A stretch of DNA of 64,000 bases, taken from NCBI GenBank assembly GCA_044376115.1, contig JBILLK010000002.1, positions 128,001 to 192,000 on the forward strand, read 5' to 3'. Below, one piece after another: positions 56,068-64,000 of this stretch (position 1 is its first letter; each line of letters opens with the position of its first letter). Below the pieces are notes generated by a model. That model saw nothing but the letters and a program-made list of their open reading frames with translations. It made no database searches and was not told the DNA's origin. A program made the position numbers and the translations under genes. The DNA comes from Polyangiaceae bacterium. GTDB taxonomy: Bacteria; Myxococcota_A; Polyangia; Polyangiales; Polyangiaceae.

Positions 56068-57333
56068 GTGACTGTGGTCCCCTCCTTGCCGGAACTTGCG
56101 CGAAACGCGCGGCGCGCCTCGCGTGAACTCGCGGCTGCCGGGCGAATCGTCAAGGATCAAGCGCTGCGTAACCTTGCTGCGCGGCTGCTTGATGAAGCGG
56201 GAAAGCCCGGGGGTGCGCTGTTTCAAGCCAATCTCGAGGACCTCACGGCGGCGGAAGCTGGCGGCGTCTCTGGGCCGATGCTCGACCGCCTCAAGCTCGA
56301 TCCGGCCCGGGTGCGGGCGATGGCGGAGGCGGTACTCGAGATTTCGCGCGCGGCCGATCCCGTGGGAGAAGTCACGCACGCGACGATGAGGCCCAACGGG
56401 CTCTTGGTCGGCCAAGTGCGCGCTCCGCTGGGCGTGATCGCGATGATCTACGAGGCTCGACCCAACGTGACGGTGGAAGCGTTCGCGCTCACGTTGAAGT
56501 CAGGCAACGCCGTGATCATGCGCGGCGGCAAAGAGGCTGTGCGGTCCAACGCCGCACTCGCCGCGGTCGCGCACGCAGCCTTGGCAGACGCCGGCCTGCC
56601 CACCGCCGCCCTAAGTGTGGTCACCAATACGGATCGCGACTCGATTCGTGAGCTGGTTTCGTTGACCGGCCTGATTGATCTCGTGATTCCGCGGGGGGGA
56701 GAGGGCTTGATTCGTTTCGTCACGGAGCATGCGCGGGTGCCGGTGATTCAACACTACAAAGGCGTGTGTCACACCTTCGTCGATCGCGGCGCAGATCTGG
56801 AGCTCGCCCTGAAGGTCGTTGAGAACGCGAAGCTTTCGCGAGTCAGCGTATGCAACGCCCTTGAGTGCCTGCTGGTTGACGAGCTTGAGGCGCCTGCGTT
56901 CCTACCGATGTTGGCCGGCTTGAAGGCGCGCGGGCTCGAGCTGCGCGGAGACGAGCAGGTGCAGCGCTTGATCGAGGTTGTTCCAGCGACCGAAGCGGAT
57001 TGGGGCTGTGAGTTTCTCGACAAGGTGCTCGCCGTGCGAGTGGTCCCCAATTTTGACGCTGCCTTGGCGCACATTGCGCAATACGGCTCGAACCACACCG
57101 AGTGCATCATCACCCGCGACTACGAGCGAGCCCAACGTTGGAAGCGCGAAGTCGACGCGAGCTGCGTCGTGGTAAACGCCTCAACCAGGTTCAACGACGG
57201 CGGAGAATTGGGGCTCGGCGCTGAGATGGGCATCTCGACATCGAAGCTCCACGCCTACGGCCCGATGGGCTTGGTTCATTTGACCACGCTGAAGTGGTTC
57301 ATCGAAGGAAACGGTCAGATTCGCACGCCCTAG
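56068..57333 (+). CDS. proA: Gamma-glutamyl phosphate reductase
   Basis: PLGVI.MIYEARPNVT, KSGNAV.MRGGKEA, IPRGG, CNALE, NASTRF.DGGE.GLGAE.GIST.KLHA.GPMG. Confidence 0.97.
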   Translation: MTVVPSLPELARNARRASRELAAAGRIVKDQALRNLAARLLDEAGKPGGALFQANLEDLTAAEAGGVSGPMLDRLKLDPARVRAMAEAVLEISRAADPVGEVTHATMRPNGLLVGQVRAPLGVIAMIYEARPNVTVEAFALTLKSGNAVIMRGGKEAVRSNAALAAVAHAALADAGLPTAALSVVTNTDRDSIRELVSLTGLIDLVIPRGGEGLIRFVTEHARVPVIQHYKGVCHTFVDRGADLELALKVVENAKLSRVSVCNALECLLVDELEAPAFLPMLAGLKARGLELRGDEQVQRLIEVVPATEADWGCEFLDKVLAVRVVPNFDAALAHIAQYGSNHTECIITRDYERAQRWKREVDASCVVVNASTRFNDGGELGLGAEMGISTSKLHAYGPMGLVHLTTLKWFIEGNGQIRTP

Positions 57334-57401
57334 TGCGTCGCGGAAACGTGCGCCGGTTGGCGCTTGGTTCGGATTGGCACTCTCGTTTCGGAGGATCGGT
57401 T

Positions 57402-58157
57402 TTGAGCATCACAAAAAAGGCAGCAAAGTCCAGCGCACCTCGCAAGCGCAGCGACGAGGATGGACCCTCGAAGGCAAAGCCGGCGGCTCGTGGAGCCAAG
57501 ACGACGGCTGCACGCAAGACGCCGACGGCCAAGACCACCAGCGCTCGCCCGCGCATCCGCGCGACCCATAGCGAAGTACCGGATGCATCGGGAGAGACCA
57601 CCAAGCGGCGAGTGAAAGCAAAGCCTGTTGGGGACCTCGAGAAGCGCAAGATCAAAGCGCGCGCCACCGTGCAGGCGCTCAGCGGTCGCAAAGAGACCTC
57701 CAAAAAGCCTTTGGGGGCTGCTTCGCCGAAGCGAGAGGAAACGACGAGCCGCCGGCGTTCGGTACCTCCGCCTCCAGCGGGTGCCTCCGAACGCAGTCAA
57801 AAGCTCGCTCTGGCGATCGCCGCTGGCGGGCTTGAAAAGAAGGCGCTCGGGGTCGAGGTGATCGATGTCTCGGGTCGCGTCGACTACGCCGACTTCCTCG
57901 TGATCATGACCGGCACCAGTGATCGCCACGTCCACGCAATTGCGATGGGCATCGAAGCCGCGCTGAAGAAGCTGAAGACCTCCCCGCTCAGCATCGAAGG
58001 GCTGGGCACGGCGAGTTGGGTGCTCATGGACTTCGACGATGTCGTGGTTCACGTCTTCCAAGAGGAGACCCGCAAGGTTTACGACATCGAGGGCCTCTGG
58101 GTGGACGCAGGCCGTCTGCGCGTGGCCGACGAACGAGGCGGTTCCAAGCTCTCGTGA
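57402..58157 (+). CDS. rsfS: Ribosome silencing factor with long basic N-terminal extension
   Basis: C-terminal EKKA..V.VIDV...ADFLVI.TG.S.RHV, WVLMDFDDVVVHVF..E.R..YDIEGLW; TTG start with GGAGGA SD. Confidence 0.9.
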   Translation: MSITKKAAKSSAPRKRSDEDGPSKAKPAARGAKTTAARKTPTAKTTSARPRIRATHSEVPDASGETTKRRVKAKPVGDLEKRKIKARATVQALSGRKETSKKPLGAASPKREETTSRRRSVPPPPAGASERSQKLALAIAAGGLEKKALGVEVIDVSGRVDYADFLVIMTGTSDRHVHAIAMGIEAALKKLKTSPLSIEGLGTASWVLMDFDDVVVHVFQEETRKVYDIEGLWVDAGRLRVADERGGSKLS

Positions 58158-58591
58158 GGTTCAGCATCGTGGCGGTCGGTCGGATCAAGGACCAGAAACT
58201 CCGTCACGTGGTCGACGAATACAAGACGCGCCTCGGACACTACGTCGGGGTGCGTGAGATCGAGATCGAAGACGGCAGCGCCGAGGTGGTTGACGCACAG
58301 GTCAGCCGCCACGCGAAGGACGATATCCTGGTCTCGCTAGACAGCCGCGGCAAAGAGCTGGATTCGATCGCGTTCTCGCGTTTCATCGACAAACTCACGC
58401 AACAGGGCAAAGGCAACGTCGCCTTTGCGCTCGGAGGCAAGGAGGGGCTGGGGAAGGTGACCGTGGACCGCTCGGCTCACGTGCTCAGCCTCTCTCAGAT
58501 GACGCTTCCGCATCGTCTCGCGCGGCTATTCCTGTATGAGCAGCTTTATCGCGCGATGACGCTGCTCCGCGGTGAGCCCTACGGCCTCTAA
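58154..58591 (+). CDS. rlmH: 23S rRNA m3Psi1915 methyltransferase
   Basis: IVAVGRIK, LDSRG, FALGG.EG, LSLSQMTLPH.LARL.L.EQLYRA...G.PY; coupled to rsfS. Confidence 0.95.
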   Translation: MRFSIVAVGRIKDQKLRHVVDEYKTRLGHYVGVREIEIEDGSAEVVDAQVSRHAKDDILVSLDSRGKELDSIAFSRFIDKLTQQGKGNVAFALGGKEGLGKVTVDRSAHVLSLSQMTLPHRLARLFLYEQLYRAMTLLRGEPYGL

Positions 58592-58606
58592 GCCCTACGG
58601 TCTCTA
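58575..58606 (+). repeat. 16-nt tandem direct repeat of the rlmH 3' end (1 mismatch)
   Basis: AGCCCTACGGCCTCTA followed by AGCCCTACGGTCTCTA. Confidence 0.85.
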
Positions 58607-58686
58607 AGTAGCGCCAATTAGGGAAACCGTGGGCTGCTCTGCTTCGCTATTGGAGCGGTTCGCATCAGCTCGTATTCTCCGGGCCC

Positions 58687-60009
58687 ATGAGCGATCCCGG
58701 CAAGAAGTACCTCCTGATTGACGTTCCGTCTCATCAGACCTCGACGGGGGGAAACGTCGGGTCTTCCTTCTTGCGCATTGGGTCGCCCGATCCGTCGCCG
58801 CCGATGAAGGAGCTGCTCGAAGAGATCGTCGCGGAGGGCTTCATCGATGACGATCGCGTGCGCGGGCCGAATGACACCGCTGCCCATGCGACGGTTGAAG
58901 GGGCGGGGGGAACTGCCGGGCCGGGCCACAGCCTTTCTGTTGCTGAGCGCAAAGCCGAGACCGAGCGTTTCCTGACGAAGGGCGGCTGGCACGAACATAC
59001 CGACGGTAACCGCATCAGCACCGTGGTGGGCGACCGCATCGACGTCGTTCGGGGCAACTACAAGATGGTGGTGCTCGGTCGCCAGGACGCGCTTGAGAAC
59101 GCTGCTGGGTGGGACGTGTCAGGTGGCCATATCGAAGACGGAGGGCTTACCCCGGGCGGCATCCATCACATCAAGTGGGTCCAGACCTGGGACGGCACCT
59201 GGAAGGTGACCGAGCTATGCGAGAAAGGCGACGTCCACAGCATCACCCACGGCAACAGCAAAGAAGAGAACTACGGCGACACGCTCGAGTCGATCACTGG
59301 CTCCGAGAACCCCGATGAGAACGTCACCCAGGGCGTACTGCGGCCGACCACCAAGAAAAAGAACCCTACGATCACCGAGCGTACGTGGGCGACGGCGATC
59401 TATTCGTACACCGGCTCTAGCAACAAGCCGGTCCCCACGATGACGGATGAGACGCACGTCACCTCGACCACCGAGACGTTGCACGCGGGCACCATCACCA
59501 GCAATACCTACGCAAGCACCAGCATCACCGAGAACACCGGCAAGGTGGGCACCCCGGTACCGGCGATCAGCTCGAGTACGCACGTCGGCGCGTTGAGCGA
59601 GACCCTTCACGCAGGCGCGCTGTCCACGGTCAGTACGATTGGAGTAACCTCCAACGTAACGACGGTCGGTGCGATCAGCGACGTTGAAATATCAGGCGCG
59701 AAGTCGAGCATCATCCTCGGCGCGGTAATGGCCGATCTCGAGGTGTCGATCTTGCGACTCGAGGTCAAGGCTGGCATCGGCTTTCTCGAGATCGAGGCGG
59801 GCCTCCGCTACATCGAGGTCTGCCTCGGCAACAAGTGGTCGTTCAACCTAGGCACTGAGTACAAGCTCAAGAAGGATGAGTGGGAGACGGCGGCAAAGAC
59901 TTTGTCGGTGGTAGGAAAAGAAGACACGATCGGCATCAAGCTCAAGAAGCTGGCGCTACAGCTGAAGCACACCGCGCCCTCGGTTGGCATCGGGCTCGAG
60001 CCGGATTGA
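58687..60009 (+). CDS. Putative VgrG-spike-like (gp5 C-terminal beta-helix-like) protein
   Basis: SFLRIGS, GWHEHTDGNRISTVVGDRIDVVRGNY, then Thr/Ser/Ile/Gly-rich strand repeats; upstream of DUF2169. Confidence 0.55.
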   Translation: MSDPGKKYLLIDVPSHQTSTGGNVGSSFLRIGSPDPSPPMKELLEEIVAEGFIDDDRVRGPNDTAAHATVEGAGGTAGPGHSLSVAERKAETERFLTKGGWHEHTDGNRISTVVGDRIDVVRGNYKMVVLGRQDALENAAGWDVSGGHIEDGGLTPGGIHHIKWVQTWDGTWKVTELCEKGDVHSITHGNSKEENYGDTLESITGSENPDENVTQGVLRPTTKKKNPTITERTWATAIYSYTGSSNKPVPTMTDETHVTSTTETLHAGTITSNTYASTSITENTGKVGTPVPAISSSTHVGALSETLHAGALSTVSTIGVTSNVTTVGAISDVEISGAKSSIILGAVMADLEVSILRLEVKAGIGFLEIEAGLRYIEVCLGNKWSFNLGTEYKLKKDEWETAAKTLSVVGKEDTIGIKLKKLALQLKHTAPSVGIGLEPD

Positions 60010-60046
60010 TCGCACCTCGACTAGCGCGCAGCCCGGAGCCCTTCCA

Positions 60047-62479
60047 ATGATCGTTCTGCCCCCCAAAGGCTTCGCCTACGCGACGAAGCTGACCTCGCGT
60101 ATGCCACCCAAGCCCGAGCTTCTGGTGGTGGTGAAAGGCGTTTACGCGCTCAAGCCAGACGCGCCGCTCGAGTTGCTCGAGCGCAAAGAGTGCATGCCCA
60201 CGGGCGATCAATTTGCACCCGAGGATGACGACCGCACCGGCGCCTGCTTCGCCCCGACCGACTTTGCAGATGCCAAGATGAACGCCGAAGTCTTCGTGCG
60301 TGGCTCGTTTCACGCACCCGGTGGCCGGCCCGTCAAAGAGTCCGAAGTGGGCTTCTCGATTGCCGGGCTCAGCAAGCGACTGCGCGTCGTTGGTCCCCGC
60401 GTATGGGTTGACGATGTCTTGGGTTCGGCGGCGTCGGAACCGCTAGCGATGACCTCGGTACTCGTCGATTGGACGACGGCATACGGCGGTCCTGGGTTCG
60501 CGGGCAACACCAGCGGACGTGGACATACGTCGCGGGAGTTGCCGCAGCTCGAGGCCTTCGATGCCCCGGTGCGGTCACGCGGGAATCACAACGTTGCTGC
60601 ATCGTTCGGACCGATTAGTCCGAACTGGCCCGAGCGCGCAAAGAAGGTGGGAACACGGTACGGCAAAGCTTGGAGGGAACAGCGCTCTCCCTTTGTCGCC
60701 GAGGACTTCGACTGGACCTATCACCAAGCGGCGCCGGCCGATCAGCAGCTCCCCGGCTTTCTCAAAGGCGACGAGACGATCATCTTTGAGAACTTCCATC
60801 CACAAGCCGCGCTCCTCTCGGCGAAGCTTCCGGGCCTGCGAATGCGCGGCTTCGCACGCACGGTCGCTGGCGAGTTTCGCTCGTTTGGTCTGCAATTGGA
60901 TACGGTCGTGGCGGATCTCGACAAGGGCACGCTCGCGCTGACGTGGCGGGGCCACCTGCCGATTCGTGAGCTCGACTACGCCGACATCAAGTCGATGCTC
61001 CTCGCCTGCGAGCTGCTCGGAGAGGTGGGCAGCGAGCGCGCATACCAAGAAAAGCTCGAGGCGTTCGAGCGTGATCCGGTTGGCTTTGAAGAAGCTCGCT
61101 CGGAGATGATTGCGTCGATGGCGGCCGCAGCGCCGACCTTTCCTGGGGACGCGCCGCAACAGCTCGACGTTGTCAGCGCGGCGCTGGCGAAGAAGCTCCC
61201 AGCGGAGTTTCAGGGCGTGGCGAAGAACCTAGCGATCGGCATGGCAGAGGCGAGCAAGGCGCGCGGCGCGGAGCCCGAACAGGCCGAGGCCGACCAGAAG
61301 CTCGTTGAGGCGCTTTCGCGCGTCGATGAGGCGGAAGAGAATGAACCTCCGCCGCCGATCGCACCCAAACCGGGCGCCATCCCTTCAATCGGTTTGCGCA
61401 AAGTGGTGCGCCAAATGATGGCGGACCTCAGCCGCGGTCTCGAGGGCACCAAAGACCAAGAGCTGACGCCGGAGCAGGCCGCGCAGCTCGAGAAGCTCAA
61501 CAGCCTTCCGCTCGACCCAAACTGGACGACACTCGATCCCGAGTACACCATTCCCGAGCCGCTATCGACCGATGCTCCGGGGCCTTACGCCAACTTGATC
61601 GATCGCGATTTCACCGGCCAGGATCTCTCGGGCTTGGATCTTTCAGGGGCCAAACTCGACGGGGCGGTGCTGACCCGTGCGAGGTTGGTGGGCACCAAAC
61701 TTCGCGGCGCGAGTCTGCGCGGCGCGGTCCTCTATCGCGCCGAAGCTGAAGGCGCCGATTTCTCGGAGGTCGATTTCACGAGGGCGAACTGTGCAAGGTT
61801 GCGCGCGCGGTCGGCGAACTTCTCGAGCGCAACCTTGGAGCTCGCTTTCTTCGAGGACGCTGAGCTCGAAGAGGCGTGTTTCGAGGGCACCCAGGCGGAT
61901 TGGTCGGCGTTTGCTCGGGCGAACCTTGCGCGCGTGAAGGGCCGCGGGCTCAAGTTTTATCGCACCGATTTCGAAGAGTCCGACCTCACGAACGCGGACT
62001 TCTCGAACGGCTCTGTCCGCGCCTGTGTGTTCTCGCGCTGCAAGGCCACGGGGCTCGATCTGACAAAGACCGAAGTGCGCGCAATTTCGGCGCAAGAGGC
62101 CAACTTCGGTGGAGCCAAGTTCGTGCGAGCCCACGGTGAGCGAATGAACCTGATCAACGCCGAACTCGATGGGGCGGACTTTACGTTGGCTGTGGTTTCG
62201 AAGTCGCACTTCTCCGGCGCTACGGCGCGCGGTTGTGAATTCTGGGGTGCAGATCTGAGTCTGGGCCGCTTTTACCGGGCGGACCTTTCGCGCTCACGAT
62301 TCGACCACGCGAACCTATTGGGTGCCGACCTCTCACGAGCACGTCTCGAGTGGGCAGGTTTTCAGAAGGCGAACTTGTACGACGCAAAGCTGATTGAGGC
62401 TTTTGGTCAGGACACCAACTTCACTGGCGCCAACTTGGAGCGCTGCAACTACTCGACCCGAAACGCCGAGGACGCCTGA
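60047..62479 (+). CDS. DUF2169 (T6SS adaptor) + pentapeptide-repeat protein
   Basis: VVVKG.Y, PTDF...K..AEV.V.G, K.LRVVG.R.W, AYGG, FGPI...WP.R...GT, HQAAPADQ, LPG...LDTV..D...L.LTWRG; C-terminal A(D/N)LxG repeats. Confidence 0.9.
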   Translation: MIVLPPKGFAYATKLTSRMPPKPELLVVVKGVYALKPDAPLELLERKECMPTGDQFAPEDDDRTGACFAPTDFADAKMNAEVFVRGSFHAPGGRPVKESEVGFSIAGLSKRLRVVGPRVWVDDVLGSAASEPLAMTSVLVDWTTAYGGPGFAGNTSGRGHTSRELPQLEAFDAPVRSRGNHNVAASFGPISPNWPERAKKVGTRYGKAWREQRSPFVAEDFDWTYHQAAPADQQLPGFLKGDETIIFENFHPQAALLSAKLPGLRMRGFARTVAGEFRSFGLQLDTVVADLDKGTLALTWRGHLPIRELDYADIKSMLLACELLGEVGSERAYQEKLEAFERDPVGFEEARSEMIASMAAAAPTFPGDAPQQLDVVSAALAKKLPAEFQGVAKNLAIGMAEASKARGAEPEQAEADQKLVEALSRVDEAEENEPPPPIAPKPGAIPSIGLRKVVRQMMADLSRGLEGTKDQELTPEQAAQLEKLNSLPLDPNWTTLDPEYTIPEPLSTDAPGPYANLIDRDFTGQDLSGLDLSGAKLDGAVLTRARLVGTKLRGASLRGAVLYRAEAEGADFSEVDFTRANCARLRARSANFSSATLELAFFEDAELEEACFEGTQADWSAFARANLARVKGRGLKFYRTDFEESDLTNADFSNGSVRACVFSRCKATGLDLTKTEVRAISAQEANFGGAKFVRAHGERMNLINAELDGADFTLAVVSKSHFSGATARGCEFWGADLSLGRFYRADLSRSRFDHANLLGADLSRARLEWAGFQKANLYDAKLIEAFGQDTNFTGANLERCNYSTRNAEDA

Positions 62480-64000
62480 TGAACGCTCAAGACCTGTTGC
62501 GAGCGGTCGAAACGAAGACGCCATTAGAACCGGGCATGGTGATCGGTGCGGCCCTTCCCGACGCAAAGCTGGCCGGTCTCAGCGCGGTCGGCGTTTCTTT
62601 CTTTCAGTGCGACTTTTCGGGCGCTGACCTGAGTGAGGCCAACCTAAGTTCAGCGACCTTCAATGGCTGCGATCTGCGTGGGGCAACGTTGAAAGGAGCC
62701 TTACTCAACGGAGCGACGCTGCAGGCAACCAGCCTGAATGGCGTCAAGGCCATCGGCGCAAACCTCGCTAAAGCGCGGCTGATCCGCGCGGATCTGAGCG
62801 GCGCCGATCTCAAGAGCACGATCTGGGCGGAGGCCGTCGTGGTGGAGTCAGTCCTCAGCGACGCAGACCTCGCGAACGCCGACCTAACGCGGGTCCGGAT
62901 GCCGAAGAACACGGGCGAACGAGCTCGCTTCGATGGCGCCACGCTTGATGGCGGGGTGTTCGCCGAGTGCAAGTTTTCCGGTGCCACGTTCAAGAAGATT
63001 CACGCCCACGAGGTGGTGCTTGCCAAGGCGGAGTTACGGGGCGCTACGTTCGAGGGCGCTGACCTCGACAGCGTTATCTTCGCCAGCGCCGATCTTCGAG
63101 AAGCCTCCCTACCGCAGAAGCTTCGCTATTGCGTGTTTGCGCAGGCACGGCTCTCCGACCGAGACGAGCCGGAGAGCGAGCGGCCTGCTTGGGACCCGGA
63201 GTTTGTAGCGCGACCTTCGGTTAGCCTTTCCTTTGACGATGCGGATCTGACGGGCGCAGTCTTCGAAGGCCTCAGCCTGCGCAACGCGCTCTTTCGCAAC
63301 GCCAACCTCGAGATGACGGTGCTAGCGAAAGCCGATCTCGAGGGGGCCTCGTTCGAGGGCGCGAAGTTCAAGATGACGGTGCTAAGTGAGGCCCGGTTGC
63401 GCAAAGTCGACTTGTCGAACCAGCACCTCCAGCTGTGCGCCTGCGGAGGGGCGGATTTCACCGACGCAAAACTCGTGGCGACGCACCTCGAGATGTGCAT
63501 CTTGGACGGCGCGACGCTGGAGAACGCGGACCTAACCCGCACACGGTTGCACGGCGTGGAGCTGCAAGGCGCGCGGCTCTCGAACCTGAAGCTGGAGGGC
63601 GCCACCTTTCATAGCGTGGATTTCGGCGAGACCGACCTCAGCGGGATCCAGCTCGCCGGCGGGAGCTTCAAGAAATGCTCGTTCAAAGGCATGGACCTGA
63701 CGCAAGCCGATTTCACTGGGAGCAACCTTTTCGGGTCGGACTTCTCCGAATGCAACCTGCTCCGAGCGAAGTTCCTGCGCGCCGATCTGCGCCAAGCAAA
63801 CCTCAAGTCCTGCAAGGCCCAGCAAGCTGACTTCAGCGACGTGGACGGCAAGGCTGCCTTCTTCGGTGAAGCCAACGTGGAGGGCGCAAAGTTCGCCAAG
63901 GCCAAGCTGCGTTATGCAACCTTCAGCGCGTCCCAGGCAACGGTTGCAAACTTCGCAGGCGCTGATCTGCGCGAGTCAATCTGGGTCGATGCGCAGGCCG
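62479..64000 (+). CDS. Pentapeptide-repeat protein, partial (runs off the right edge)
   Basis: Not in the ORF track. ATG overlaps the upstream TGA; MNAQDLL...CDFSGADLSEANLSSATFNGCDLRGATL... repeats throughout with no stop. Confidence 0.9.
   Translation, partial: MNAQDLLRAVETKTPLEPGMVIGAALPDAKLAGLSAVGVSFFQCDFSGADLSEANLSSATFNGCDLRGATLKGALLNGATLQATSLNGVKAIGANLAKARLIRADLSGADLKSTIWAEAVVVESVLSDADLANADLTRVRMPKNTGERARFDGATLDGGVFAECKFSGATFKKIHAHEVVLAKAELRGATFEGADLDSVIFASADLREASLPQKLRYCVFAQARLSDRDEPESERPAWDPEFVARPSVSLSFDDADLTGAVFEGLSLRNALFRNANLEMTVLAKADLEGASFEGAKFKMTVLSEARLRKVDLSNQHLQLCACGGADFTDAKLVATHLEMCILDGATLENADLTRTRLHGVELQGARLSNLKLEGATFHSVDFGETDLSGIQLAGGSFKKCSFKGMDLTQADFTGSNLFGSDFSECNLLRAKFLRADLRQANLKSCKAQQADFSDVDGKAAFFGEANVEGAKFAKAKLRYATFSASQATVANFAGADLRESIWVDAQA

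Noticed and set aside
1..64000. rRNA, tRNA, CRISPR arrays, transposases or integrases
   Set aside because: None recognised by eye; intergenic spaces are short. A covariance-model scan would be needed to exclude small RNAs.

Overview
GC-rich bacterial DNA with the hallmarks of a myxobacterium (Myxococcota, probably Polyangiales/Sorangiineae; this is inference). Hallmarks include many Gly-rich-linker lipoproteins, eukaryotic-like Ser/Thr kinases, Cys-rich repeats, and PEGA, FHA and GYF-type proteins. Housekeeping genes include thrC, clpP, pyrR-pyrB, icd, proS, guaA, proA, rsfS and rlmH. There is also an OPT transporter, a sugar ABC operon with a binding-protein/permease fusion followed by an RND pump, and, at the right end, a probable T6SS accessory locus (spike-like protein, DUF2169-pentapeptide protein, pentapeptide protein). 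The standout is at 3.7-5.9 kb: a radical SAM/SPASM enzyme resembling PlpX-type 'spliceases' sits between two paralogous small genes. Each encodes a double-CxxC zinc-ribbon leader, a lipoprotein signal (lipobox) and a Gly-rich tail with two A-Y-G motifs, so this is a candidate RiPP system making membrane-anchored, lipidated ketoamide (beta-amino-acid) peptides. Second is a 59-aa very basic ORF (52468-52647) absent from the ORF track, with a strong-looking promoter and ribosomal-protein-like features. I saw no rRNA, tRNA, CRISPR array or transposase. All product calls come from motifs recognised by eye; no database searches were run.
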